DNA of 64,000 nt from positions 9,114,001 through 9,178,000 of the forward strand of contig CM068762.1 of the NCBI GenBank assembly GCA_035084275.1. Reading direction: 5' to 3'. Positions within the stretch are counted from its first letter, which is position 1. The number at the start of each line of letters is the position of its first letter. The notes below the pieces were generated by a model. That model had not been told where the DNA came from. It saw nothing but the letters and a program-made list of their open reading frames with translations, and ran no database searches. Shown one piece after another: positions 49,341 to 61,702 of this stretch. Both the position numbers and the translations under genes were made by a program. This stretch comes from Hydrolagus colliei. Its lineage: Eukaryota.

Positions 49341-50459
49341 TCTTGTATTTTGTCCTCTGTTTTTGTTTGCCATTGCTACCTGTGCCACAATTTATCATGT
49401 TGAGTTAATCAAGGAATGCATTGCTTCACGGTTCAAAGGCTGACTCAATACTGCAAAACAGTGTTAAATTGTTAAAAACTGAGTGAGATTGCCTGAAGTA
49501 CAGGGTGCACGTGTATGCTTGCACATGTGTGTGTAAATCAAGCACAAAAAGTAGGGCCATTTGAACAACAACAACTTTCATTTGTATAGTGCCCCTCTCC
49601 CAGGGTAGTGCCCCAGAGCGCTAGACAGTGGCAGAGCACGATGTGGACCTGCGGAGAGAGCGGATATAATAATAATGAATAATCTTTGCATGTGATGAAC
49701 AGCCTTAACACATTGCCATTGAGACGTCTCGCAGGATTGTACTGTGAAGCGCGGCGACTGTGTATTTTGCAGCAAAAACTATCATTTTAGCTCGTCTACA
49801 TGTGATTATTTGTTTTTCTTAAAGAAAAAAAGCGAATCGACTTCAAAGGACAGTTAGCATATATCCTGTTCGTACAAACACCACATAACCGTTGGGGTTA
49901 GACACCAACATCAGGCAGAGACAGGTATAGACGAGGGCAATTTTAATCTGCGGTCACAATATTCTTTTTTGGCTTCTACTGATGAGTGAGATGACCTTGT
50001 TATCCTCTTTTTCTTGAAGGCTTTGAGATTTCGCAGACAATGGGGGAAAAAAAGGAGTCACCGGTTTCCTCTGAGTGGTTCAGTTTTGATTCATTTAGTT
50101 GATTAGTTTAGTGGATTCATTTTGATAACTATTCGGGTAATGGCTGCGAACAAGTACTTTAATGTGTTCTTGATGAACAGTTAATGAAGCTGGAAGAGTT
50201 TTCCACTCCCAACCTTCCAATGACTGATCTGCCCCTCTAAGCTCTGCCAATGAACAAGGCTGGATGGTTTGTCATCTGCAGCGCACTGTAATACTGCAGC
50301 CTTGCCTGTTCCAGGCACTGGACCTATTAAACCCACCAGACAGGAGTGAGTCGATTATGACATTCTGCTGCTAAGAGTCATTGAAGATAATTAGATACGG
50401 GGCAATGGCAGATAATTGGACTTGAGGTATAGATCAAACATGATTTTATATGTGTTGTA

Positions 50460-50690
50460 TGCCACATTTTGCCCATAAAATGTAGTCAATTCACATTGCG
50501 CACAGCAGTGTCCTAAAGCAGTCGTGGATTGAAGTGACCAAATTATTATTGGGGGGGGGGGGGTTTCTTGAGGGAATAGTATCAAGCATGTAGAATAAGG
50601 AAACTTGCCCAGGGTTTTGCTCTGCCAGGAAACACAGCCGGGTCTCTCGTTTGTGAGGCAAGTGCTCTAACCACTCAGCTGTGGGACTCT
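50460..50690 (-). mobile_element. Young SINE, short subtype, tail missing
   Basis: GAAACTTGCCCAGGGTTTTGC...GTGCTCTAACCACTCAGCTGTGGGACTC. Confidence 0.8.
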
Positions 50691-51254
50691 GCAAGATGGA
50701 TGGCAGGTATCAGGAACTCCCCACAAGCTTCCTGGTGAGCAGCCCAGCGCAGCGTGTGGAAGCATGGAATGAAGATCAGTCAATGCATACCCACCGTAAG
50801 CATATAGCCAGGCCTGGTTGAGATGCACAAAGATAATTGAAGCCCTGGAGCATTGGACATTGCAATGGCCTGATGGAATCTATTAACGACTTCCTTTCAA
50901 ACAAACCCGCGCTCTATTTAGTGATGGAAATTCATTTTTTCGTTACAATTTATGGCATTCCCTGACGCTCCAGGCTGTGTGTGTAAACTCAAAAGTAACG
51001 TGTAAACAAATGGAAAGTATGAAGTAATATCAAAGCTTTGTGCAGCTGATCCCATTCAAAGCTTTGGCAGTCTGGAACAAAAGAGAGCATTAACGATCCA
51101 GATTAAGAATCACAGCTGTCATTTCTACTTGCTTGGCTACTGTTCCATCTCTTTCTTGCACGCGCACCTTCCATTTTATTCATAATTGTCTCGCCACTGT
51201 GGGTTCTACTGCTGATGTGTATGTTCTTTCAGTTCATTGTAGCTCGCTATGTGA

Positions 51255-51545
51255 TATAATAATCTTTGCATTTGCTACAGCGCCTTATCATGTCATCAGG
51301 ATGTCCACAGAATATACCGTACTGTAAAGTGAATTGACTGCGTATCTTATGGGTGAAATGTAACAGCCAATTGCTCACAGCAGCATCTCACAATTAGCCA
51401 TGGATTGCGTGAACAAATTATTAAATTATTATTATTTATTTTTTAAGGGATTATTGCATCCTGCTTACCGCTAGATAAGCAGAGAAGTGTGGAGTAAGGA
51501 AACTTACCTAATTTGGAACCCTGCCTGGAAATCCCAACCCAGAAC
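51255..51545 (-). mobile_element. Young SINE, long subtype, 5' truncated
   Basis: Tail plus CTTACCGCTAGATAAGCAGAGAAGTGTGGAGTAAGGAAACTT. Confidence 0.75.
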
Positions 51546-52970
51546 TACCAGGAATAGGAAGGCACAGGCTGAGGAAATTGTTTGCAGCAAATCTGCAAGA
51601 ACACACAGGCGATGATGAAGAATTATTGGGTTCTTTCATCATATGTAATCATGTTTCAACATCACCTGGACGAAAATACCCCAAAAAGGTTCAATGAATA
51701 AAATCGGTACCAAGAACTGGGTTAAAATTACTCATTTTCAAATACAATCAGTTTCTATCTCGGCTTCTTATCTGCACAGTTTCTTGTCAACATCTCGTCT
51801 TGGGCCAGCAAATGTGTGAAAAATAGTTTTTCAGTTGTTTTGAAATAGTGTTTAGTTTCCTGTCTTGCATCACACATCATATAAAAAAAAATTTGCAGAA
51901 GATAAATGAGTTTTTGTACGGTTGTTTTTTCCTTTCTTGCTCGCTGTCTTACTCGCTCATTCTCTAACACTGAAACACATTGGGATTTTTTTCATAACAT
52001 GAAGAAAGAAACCTATATTATATGTCTTGTGAGGGGTTAGATGAGGATATGACTAGGATCTTTGGATAACAAGCCTCCCATTTGGTATAATCGCTTTTGG
52101 GATCCTACCTTATCTGAAGGGTGCTACAAAAATTGAATATACATTCAATTCACTTTGCAGTGTATTCTGTGAAGCGCTTTGAGACAGCTCGAAGACGTGA
52201 TAAAGAGCTATACCGAATGCAATGATTATTATTATAAATGCAAGTTCTTGCTGTGGTTGTAAAACACCTTTCACACCGAGAGGATACATCTCAAAGAGCT
52301 TTACCGGGATTTACTGTAAAGTGGAGTAACTGTGTTTGTAGGTAAATGCAGTAGCCATGAAGGAAGTGGTCAATTTAATTTGAAGGATTGTTGGCCAGGA
52401 TACTAGGAGAAACTCCCTTCCCTCCTCGAAAAGTATCATGGGATCATTAATGTTCACGTTGACAGGGAGATGGGATCATAATAATAATCCTTCCATTTGA
52501 TATAGCACTTTTCACGTCCTCCATACGTCTCAAAAAAGTGCTTCATGGGATACTGTAGACGGTAAAGTGAATTGACTATCTTTGTGGACAAATCACAAAG
52601 TATCATGGTTTAAAGTCTTATCTGAAGGACGAAAATGAGCTAAACCAAAACAGAGCACCGGAATCATTCTGGTCTGTGAGGCCATTCATTGATCATTGAG
52701 CTACTTAGGCAGAAGCTAATGTGGTCATTTTAGACTCAATGTTATATGAAGGAAGTCATGTTAACTGTCTTTGAGAGAGACAGCCACAACGTTCTCTGGC
52801 ACAAGGTGCTAATATCAACACCAGTAGCAATTGGCGTTAGCAACTCAGTGTTTCTCTGGAAACTTCCCTCCCTATCCCGAATTAGACCATTTACATATAC
52901 ACCTCAAATACGCAATCCAGTGTTTCAAAACAGCCCTGGCTCCAACCACCAAAAGGCAACACTGGTTCAA

Positions 52971-53580
52971 AGTGTATATAAATAAATGATAATCATAATT
53001 TGGCCCCTCGATCCGTGACTGTTTGTAGGACACTGCTGTAAACAATCGGCTGCTGCGTTTCGCCCACAAAATATCCAGTCAATTCTCTTCACAGAGTATT
53101 CTGTGAAGCGTTTTGAAGACTTCGTAATGACATGATAGCAACAACAACAACAAATTACACTTGTACAGCACTCCTCATGTCAGAAAGGCATCCCCAAATA
53201 ATAAGTCCAATTTCAAATATATCCTCAAATTGAGTCTCGCAAATTGAGTAACCCAGTTCCCAAAGTTGAGTCAAGGATACCAAAATGAAATCACTGACGT
53301 CACAAAACTCACACTCTCAAACCACCTGTCCTAAACCAATATGGTTGTCATAATCTCAATTTGATCTCGCAAGCAGAATCCACAATCAAAAGCCTCTTGA
53401 ATGGATTATTACCCGCGGAAACCTGATTCGCCAATTGACTAACAACTGGGTTCCTACTTACTGCTAGGTAAACAGAGGTGTGTGGAGTAACAAAATATGC
53501 AAAAGTCTCGCCCGGCCTTGGAATTGAATCCAGATACTCTCGCTTGTGAGGCGAATGCTCTAACCAATACGTTACAAGCG
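52971..53580. mobile_element. Young SINE split into a + strand 3' half (~52971-53140) and a - strand 5' half (53397-53580)
   Basis: The two halves are complementary, non-overlapping parts of the consensus in opposite orientations. Confidence 0.7.
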
Positions 53581-54514
53581 GTCTTGTCGAATGACCGCTT
53601 GATCTCAGCGAAAAAGCCTGAGAAACAAACAATTGTGGCTTTACTGAGCTATTTTACACTGTTAGTTGTGCGTACAAAGCTAATTATACTTCTATCTTCT
53701 CAACCCCTTGTACAGTACTTCACAGACCACCCTCATCACTTCCTCTGCAAGTCTTATTTATCGTCGCAAGCTCTGTTCGTGCAGAGCTCAGGAGATCAAA
53801 GGTTGTATCCTCTGGCTCCCCAGGTGGGCCATTTCATGCTCTGTTTGTGGAGACGGTTTGTCTGCCACAGGTCCTGTGAAACAAAGCCTCCACAATTGCA
53901 GATTTTACTACCTGTTGTTAGACACAATACACATCAACAGCACAGGATAGTCAAGTCATTCTCCCATTCACAAGTGATTACCAATGGCACACACAAATCT
54001 AAAGGCAGAGGTTGCTTCATTTACACATCAGTCAGAGCGAGGCAACTGGCAGTAACATCAAAAGCCTCTTAACTTTGTTAAGAGTTTGCCATTTGAAAAC
54101 TGTTAGTGAGTATCTGTTTTTATGTTTGTTGGGAAGTAAGTAATTGAGGGAACATTTGAGGAATGCCAAAGGCCCAGCCTCTGAATGGCTGTTAAAGCCA
54201 TTATTAACTTACCATTGTTATCGTGCAATTGAAATAGCCAACAATTACACTATTTGGAACCTGATGTGGTTCATTAATTTTCAGACAGGTTTTCAGCAGG
54301 AAGTGCAACCACACTTTTCTTTAACTTTAGATACCAGAGATTAGAGGGTTAAAAAGCAACAGTGTCTGAATGGCCCCCTTTGATTAATCTTCATCACTCG
54401 CTACATTGCATAATGTTAAAAAAGTATATAATAAACTGTACATTTAATGCAGCGCCTACAGTATCAAAACAACTCCAAGCGCTTCTTAGTAAATGTGGTG
54501 ACTGTGTGTATGTA

Positions 54515-54990
54515 ATAAGAATAATCCTTAGTATTTGATTTAGCACTTTTCACGTCTTCTAGATGTCTCAAAGTGCTACACAGAATATACTGTAAAGTGA
54601 ATTGATGGTATGTGAACTTAATAGTAATCCTTGCATTTAATATAGTGCTTTTCACGCCTTCTAGACGTCTCAAAGCGCTTCACAGAAAATAATGTAAAGT
54701 GAATGGACTGTATATATGTGAGCGAAACGCGGCAGCCAATTGTGCACAGCACACAAATAATCGTAGATGGAAATAACCAATTTTTTTGGAGGGATTATTA
54801 CTAGGCATGTGGAGTAAAGAAACTTGCCCAAGGTTTCGCCCTGCCGGGATTTGTCCTTTTACATTTGAAATATTTCTGACCTCTTTTTCACATATATGTT
54901 GTGCATTACCACGTCTTCAAGACGTCTCAAAGCACTTCACAGAATATACTATAAAATGAATTGACTGCATATATTGTGGGTGAAAATGAG
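54515..54990 (-). mobile_element. Cluster of three young SINE copies or fragments
   Basis: CACGTCTTCTAGATGTCTCAAAG-like motif at ~54551, ~54653 and ~54910. The middle copy extends to TTGCCCAAGGTTTCGCCCTG. Confidence 0.85.
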
Positions 54991-55639
54991 CTCCTTTAAA
55001 CCCAGAACGAGCATCTGATGTGCTCAAGAAACACCTCAAGCCCTCTTTATCAATCAACCTTTAAATCTCACCTGAAGATGCATGTCCGTGACCTAAATAT
55101 CGTCAACTCCACCTCCCACTTCTTCCTTGATTGGCACACAATCCCACTGCCAACAACAACAACAGAATTACATTTATAGAGCGCCTTTCACATCGGGAGT
55201 ATCACCATGTCGCCAACAACTTACAACAACAACAATTTGGATTTATATAGCGCCCTCCATGCCAGATGGCGTCTCAGATCCCACCCAAAACACTATCCCG
55301 TGTGAAGGTTTCTATATAAACGCACTATGTTGCTAATATTTTCAGTAGTTTACAAACTTTTGTATCATATGATTTTAGAAAATGTGTCATTTTTTTTACA
55401 AGAAAACCGCTGATAAAGGTAATCCAGAATTTATTTACATGTAGGGTACATGCATATGTGCTGCGTAGACCTTTTTCATAACTTCAGTTAACTTCAGTTA
55501 TGAGAAAGAGTCTGGAGGAAATGAGAGACTGGTCATGGTCACTGAATTTTTCATATATTTTTTTAAAAAATTCAATTACTGCTGTTCGTGCAGTATTTGT
55601 GTGTCAAACCTCAAACCACGAAAAGGATCCTGCAAGTTT

Positions 55640-56195
55640 TATGATCATCCTTGCATTTAATAGAACAACGATTCACACCAAACAAACGTGTTAAAGTGCT
55701 TCACGGGATTTTTAGTAGCTACTTATTTGTTGGCAAACATAGCAGTCAATTTCCGCACAGCATTGTCCCACAAATCGCAAAGAAGTGGATGACCAATTTT
55801 TATCTGAGCAATTTGTTGATCAGGACACCCGAGAAATTCCCTTCCCTTTTGGAAATTTGGCCACGGGTGCTTTGGAACTCCATCCCACAAACCCTTCGCC
55901 TTGTTCCCTCCCTTGCCTCCTCCAAGAATGATCTCAAGACCTTTCTCTTTGACGATGCCTTCAGCAACCAATCATCTGACCTCCCTACCATCCTTTATTC
56001 CAATCCTTCCCCCTCCACTTGCTCGGGTCCTGATCCCTGACTGCTCATCGCTTTGGGATGTCCTCCCAACGTGAAAGGCGCTCTACAAATATAATTTTGT
56101 TGTTGTTGTTGTAATGCTCATCTGGTGCAGATGGGCTCGTGCATTAACATCTCATCGAAAAATTGAACATATAACAGTGCAGCTCACCCCCAGGC
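55640..56195. mobile_element. DeuSINE (-) interrupted by an L2 family A 3' end (+, 55865-56112)
   Basis: ORF 55651..56040 LWNSIPQTLRL..LKTFLF with a (TTG)n tail; Deu motifs lie on both sides. Confidence 0.8.
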
Positions 56196-56300
56196 CTTGG
56201 GTTCTGGTGAAAGGTCATCAATCAGAAACGTTAAGTCATTTTCTTCTCTTCCTGGATGGTGCCTGACCTGCTGTGTGTTCCCAGTGACTTCTGTTTTTAC
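56196..56300 (+). mobile_element. Penelope-like terminal-repeat fragment with a decayed hammerhead-like core
   Basis: CTGGTGAAAGGTCATCAATCAGAAACGTTAA...GGATGGTGCCTGACCTGCTGTGTGTTCCCAG...TTCTGTTTTT, homologous to 35879-36028. Confidence 0.65.
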
Positions 56301-57111
56301 TGTACTAGTCTAGACTTTCCAGTACTAGTCTAGACTGTGAGTTCCATCTAAATTCCTCCAACTGAGAAGCAGGATACTAGTTTTAACAGTTTAAACAGTT
56401 GTGCTGCCTTTCTTGTTTCACACTGCGATAGTATTTTTCATGTTAGGAGCATATTTCAGAGCACATCACAACCTCTGAGTTGGAGTCTCAATGCAGGACT
56501 GGCAGGGCTTGGGCAGTGGAAGGAAAGTGGCTAAATGGACACATGCATTCGACCCTGCAGAGAGTACAAACCTTTACAAACCAACAGGTCTGAAATAATC
56601 CCCACTGGTAGGGGTGAAGAGGGGAAGAAATGTGGCATTGTGGCGAAATAGTGCACAAATGTTGTTTTCTGCCAGCCGTGCGTCTGACACCCTGGCAACC
56701 TCAACATCTCTATAACGTGTCCAAACTAGAATAAAAGTTCTGCATACCTATCAACTCTTCCGGGGGTCATGATCCGATCGAAAAAAAGATAAATGAAATA
56801 ATTTGGACACTAAATCCACGACAGTTTGTGGGACACTGTTGTGCACAATTGGCTGCTACATTTCGCCCACTAAATGCACAGTCAATTCACTTTATAGTGT
56901 ATTCTGTGAAACGCAGTCTCGAAGACATGATAAGACGGTACCAACTGCAACAATTAATTTGATTATTTATGAAAACATCATGTATAGTGTGACCAAATAG
57001 TGATACGATTACAATGTCTGATGAGTCTTAAAGAAATTATGATACTGTATATATATTTTTAGATAATAGGGTAGATATTTAACCTTTAGCTCACCCTGTA
57101 TATATGTATAT

Positions 57112-57477
57112 TATAATAATAATAATAATAATAATTATAATAATAATAATCCTTGCATTTGATATAGCGCTTTTCACAAATTATCAAAGTCCCAAAGCGC
57201 TTCACAGAATATACTGTAAAATGAATTGACTGTATATTTGTGGGTGAATCGTAACAGCCAATTGCGCAGAGTAGTGTCCCACAAACAGTCGTGGATTGAA
57301 ATGACCAATTTTATTAATGTGGTTTTTTTGGAGGGATTATTATTAGGCGTGTGTATGGAGTAAGAAACTTGCCCAAGGTTTCGCCCTGACCTGCCTAGAT
57401 TCGAACACAGGTCTCCCCAGCTTGGTCTCCCCAGCTTGCAAGACAAGTACTCTAACCACTGAGCCACAGGAGCTCCA
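57112..57477 (-). mobile_element. Full-length young SINE, short subtype, with a 12-bp target-site duplication
   Basis: ATATATGTATAT at 57100-57111 and 57478-57489; head GGAGCTCCTGTGGCTCAGTGGTTAGAG; box B GTTCGAATC; long (ATT)n tail. Confidence 0.92.
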
Positions 57478-59378
57478 ATATATGTATATACACACACATC
57501 TTTTTTTTACATGAATGTATTTTTATATGTATATTCCTGTTGCGATATTTTGCCTTTGGCTTTGATGTCCCTCTGTACTTGGCTTTTTTTTTAGTGCTGA
57601 ATGCAAATTGGTTTCCACATTCACCCTCAAAATATACAGTTACTACACCCTTGAGTTGGGGAGTAAGCAGGTCAGAGAGGTTGGGAGATGCTAGGGCATG
57701 ATGGAGTTTACAGTAAGATCATGTGAAGTGCTTTTAAAAAGCATTGTATCACATGCAAAGAATATTACCGGTATTCATTCGGGACAATGCTGAAATGATG
57801 AAGTTGAATATTTGGCTTAAACTCTTCAATAATCTTTGTGTGAGTGTCTACACGTGTGTGTGCTTTGATGTGAATAGCAGATAGCTAATGGCTTAGGCAA
57901 ATTGCATCCTCTTATTATTCCTGCACTGTGTATGTCTGCTTAGCATTGCCAATACTGACACTCCGCCTCTCCCTAAACACATTAATTCTTGGTCCATATG
58001 TGGCTGAAGCAGCTGGTATGCATGTGTTTGGTTGAGTGTCTGTTAAAAGCTACATGAAATCTGTGAAATTCAGGTGAGTTGGAAGGTCTGTAGATTCCCA
58101 TGACATCATGGACCATCTTGAATCTATTAATTTTGCTGTATCCAGAGCATTGAAAACAGCGTTCCTTTGTACATTGATTTCCGGAAACCAAAGTCTGAAT
58201 TGAAATGGTTTGCCAGGAAATCTCGAGCATAATTCAGCTGTAAATTCACACAGTGAAAGACCTGCTCCATTTGCCAGGGAACACTGAGTTGATTCTACCA
58301 ACTCACCTGTTCCTTCCTCCAGCCTTCATATCACCCACCGCACTCCACCACCCACTCCCCCCACCATCCGGGTTGTCCGGGTTTCAGTCTACCTGCCTAT
58401 AGTCTCCGGAACTCCATCCCGCAGTCCCTTCACCTCACCCCTTCCCTTGCCTCCTATAAAGTCTACCAAGACTTTTCTGTTTAATTCTACCTTTAGTCAT
58501 CTTCCCCCCTCCCCTCTCATCGTCCCCTATTTGGCCCCACTCCTCCCCAAAGAGAGATGTGGATTGTGTTCTATGTTCTTAGCATGTCTGAGAGACGTCT
58601 CAAAATACTTCACAGAATATACTGTGAAGTGAATATTTTTGCGGGTGAAACGGGGCAGCCAATTGTACAGAACCCTGTCCAATAAACGGTCAAGGAAATG
58701 TACAGAAGGCTTGAGCCAGCCAAGTGTAGCATGGCAGGTATGCAAAGCGAGTGGGGTGTGAGCAGGTTGGAGAGGTAGTGCTAGGTTGAGGATCTTGAAA
58801 TCAATCTGTTAAAAATCATATAGTGTTCACAAGTTGCTCAAAGGAACACTCATCTAAACTCTGCCCAAATTATTTTGTTCAATGATTAGCAGTAATAAGC
58901 AGCATGGATTATTGAATAAGAAACTCTAACACATTGGGGGATCTTGAGTTTGGAGATTAATAGTTAGATATCCCTAAGGGTTTTACCTTCAGGAATCATT
59001 TCTGATAATATATTGCTGTATTAATCTCCCCATATTCTGATCCCACGAAAAGTATTTTGCAATCTGTCCAGGTCTGTTCAAGTTTTGGATCCATGTTGAA
59101 CCTCAATATATAACAAAACTCTGGGGAAGGTGGTAGCTCAATATTGATGCTACTTTGATCCACTATTAAATTAATGTTTCATTAGGTGTTTCGACAGAAT
59201 ATGGATGGATATGCATGCGGTTGATATCTATCAGATAGGCCTGACTCAGTATATAGCATTCTCATCTGAGATCAAAGGAAGTTTCTCACAATGTTCTGGC
59301 CAAACATCCCCCCAAATAAAATCAATCATTCACTTCAGAGTTGTTTTGGGGCATTGCTGTGCGCACATTGACTGCGGT

Positions 59379-59379
<1 letters not shown>

Positions 59380-59417
<38 letters not shown>

Positions 59418-59645
59418 CATCCTTGCATTTGATATAGTGCTTTTAACGTCTTCTAGTTCTCTCAACGCGCTTTGCAGAATATACTGTAACGTGAATTGAC
59501 TGTATATTTGTGGGTGAAACACTCATGGATTGTAGATGTTCACCCACAAATGCAGTCACTACACTACACAGTAATTTCTGTGAAGTGATTTGGGGATGTT
59601 TTCGACCATGTGGTAAGGCTTTGTATCAAACACAAGGATTATTAA
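59380..59645. mobile_element. Two SINE 3' fragments head-to-head, with an (AAT)12 tail microsatellite
   Basis: ...ATTTGTGGGTGAAAC (- copy) and TTCACCCACAAATGCAGTC... (+ copy) are ~20 bp apart. Confidence 0.8.
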
Positions 59646-60214
59646 ATAACCTAAGCTGCTGAAATGCAACTCCATTACAATAGCCTTGCGTTCCTATGTT
59701 GTTCTAAGGTATCATATGTTGTACTGATCATGGTAAAACAGAATTGTCTCAAAGTCTTCATTACGTAATGGTGTGGCGTGGAGTCATTACAAGTGGAATG
59801 TTTATTAATTGCCCTGGCTGATTAAGATGAACAAGTCTGGCTGAGCTCAGCAACATGGCAAGAAGCCATAAGTACCTTCAAAATCAATGAGCAGTTTATA
59901 GGAATGGAGTCGGGACTACACCTACATTCTTAGTGAATTACTTAATGTGATGAGTAGGTGGTCTGTGCAACCATCAATAATATAACAAGATTTTCTCCTG
60001 TTGGATTTGCAATCGAGTTGTACTTCAAGCTGATACAAAGGAAAAACTGAGCTCTTGACAATTCAATTGTCGATTTTGATGAATTCTCAAATCTCACCCT
60101 AACCTGGGGCTAACCACAGAAGAGTTTCTTCCACCTGAGAGAGGGCGGAAGAGAGGGGGCCCAAATCAATCTGTACATAAGAAGAGATGAGTTACCCGCC
60201 AGCTAATGAAAATA

Positions 60215-60565
60215 AATAATAATAATAATCCTTGCATTTGAAATAGCGCTTTATTGTATTGTTGAGACATCTCAAAGTACTTCACAGAATGTATTATAAA
60301 GTGCATTTGTATATTTTGTGAGTGAAACACCACAGCCAATGGTGCACAGCAGAGATCCACAAACAGTCGTAGATGAAGTAATCACATTTTTTGGGAGGGA
60401 GGGATTACCGACTAACCAATAAACAAACAGCTGTGTTCCTACTTATAGGTAAACAGAGTTGTCTAAAGTAAGGTTTCTTAATTTGCCTAACATTTGCCCT
60501 ACCTCAGGAATTGAATCCAGGTCATCTCGTTTGCTAGTGTAGCTAACACTAAGCTAGGGGACTCT
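60215..60565 (-). mobile_element. Young SINE, long subtype
   Basis: Tail, then TTCCTACTTATAGGTAAACAGAG, and head GGAATTGAATCCAGG. Confidence 0.8.
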
Positions 60566-61324
60566 GGGGGAATAATACAGGGGAAAAGTCACAGAAATGT
60601 AGAGTTATTTAAAAAACTGATGCTTTCATTATTTAATTTTGAACAAATTGCTGATGTTTTCACGCAAAAATATTTGGAGCTGACTGTACAGTTTGATCTA
60701 TTAGTACATCACATACTGTCACTAAAATGTACACTGTGTGCAGCCATTTGAATTCTGGCTAGCATGCTTCAATTCTGGGCAGATAACAGTTCCAGTAAGT
60801 GAACAGAATCTTCCCTTATCACTGATCTTCTCTTCCACGGAAAATTATTACCACTAGAACAAAGATGTGTTGTCTGAAACCAATTACAGTACACGTATTT
60901 ATCCAAAAAATTACATTTTTGAATCCAGTATTAAGCCAATAATACCAAAGTAAGCAAGACAATATGCACATATAAGTGGAGATAAGCGTTCATTTAATGT
61001 GGTTCTTTGCAGTTACTGGATGTGAAAAGGATACTTCATTTGTTGCTGAGATGCAGTTCAGGAACATTAGTGTTCATTCAGTGTTTCCTAGAGCTTGTTT
61101 GTTTTGCGGTCTCAGCAATTTCAAGCACCAGAAACTTTGGGTTTTCTAATGCCATCCTTTTCTGGAGAATTGATGGAAAATAAATTAATCATCCCTTGCC
61201 CCGATACAGCGCCTTTCATGTGAAGAGGACGGCTCAGAGTCCTTCGCGAGATTTATTGTAATGTGTAGTGATGGTGTGTTTTTTTTGGTAACCCCGGCAG
61301 CTATGTTCTGCACAGCAATGTCAC

Positions 61325-61702
61325 CTTCGAGGCCCTCTTCTCGTACCTACCTCTCTGACATGCTAACCCCTTATTAACCTGTCCGTGCCCTCCGCCTAGC
61401 AGGCTCTGGCCTGACCTGCTCTATCGTCGGGCTTTCAGTCTCCTTGTCCCCACTCCTTGGATCTCTATCCCACAATCCCTTTAGTTTGCTCCCTCCCGTG
61501 CCTCCTTCAAGGCCCAACTCAAGACCCCCCTTTCCAACCATGACTTGAGCTGCACCCCCTACCTCTCTGCCCTGCTTCATCCCAATCCTACTCCCGCCTC
61601 CACCTCCCATGTTGAGGTCCTGATCCCTGACTGTTCAGCATCTTGGGACGTCCTCCCGATATGAAAGGCGCTCTACATTTGTAATTTTATTGTTGTTGTT
61701 GT
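61325..61702 (+). mobile_element. L2 3' end, family A
   Basis: CCTCCTTCAAGGCCCAACTCAAGACC...TGGGACGTCCTCCCGATATGAAAGGCGCTCTAC...(TTG)n. Confidence 0.8.

Noticed and set aside
53497-54072. 191-aa + strand ORF
   Set aside because: It starts inside an antisense SINE head and has no recognisable domain.
57018-57040. CTGATGAGTCTTAAAGAAA hammerhead-like core
   Set aside because: There is no closing stem II pair before GAAA, no stem I or III, and no Penelope context.
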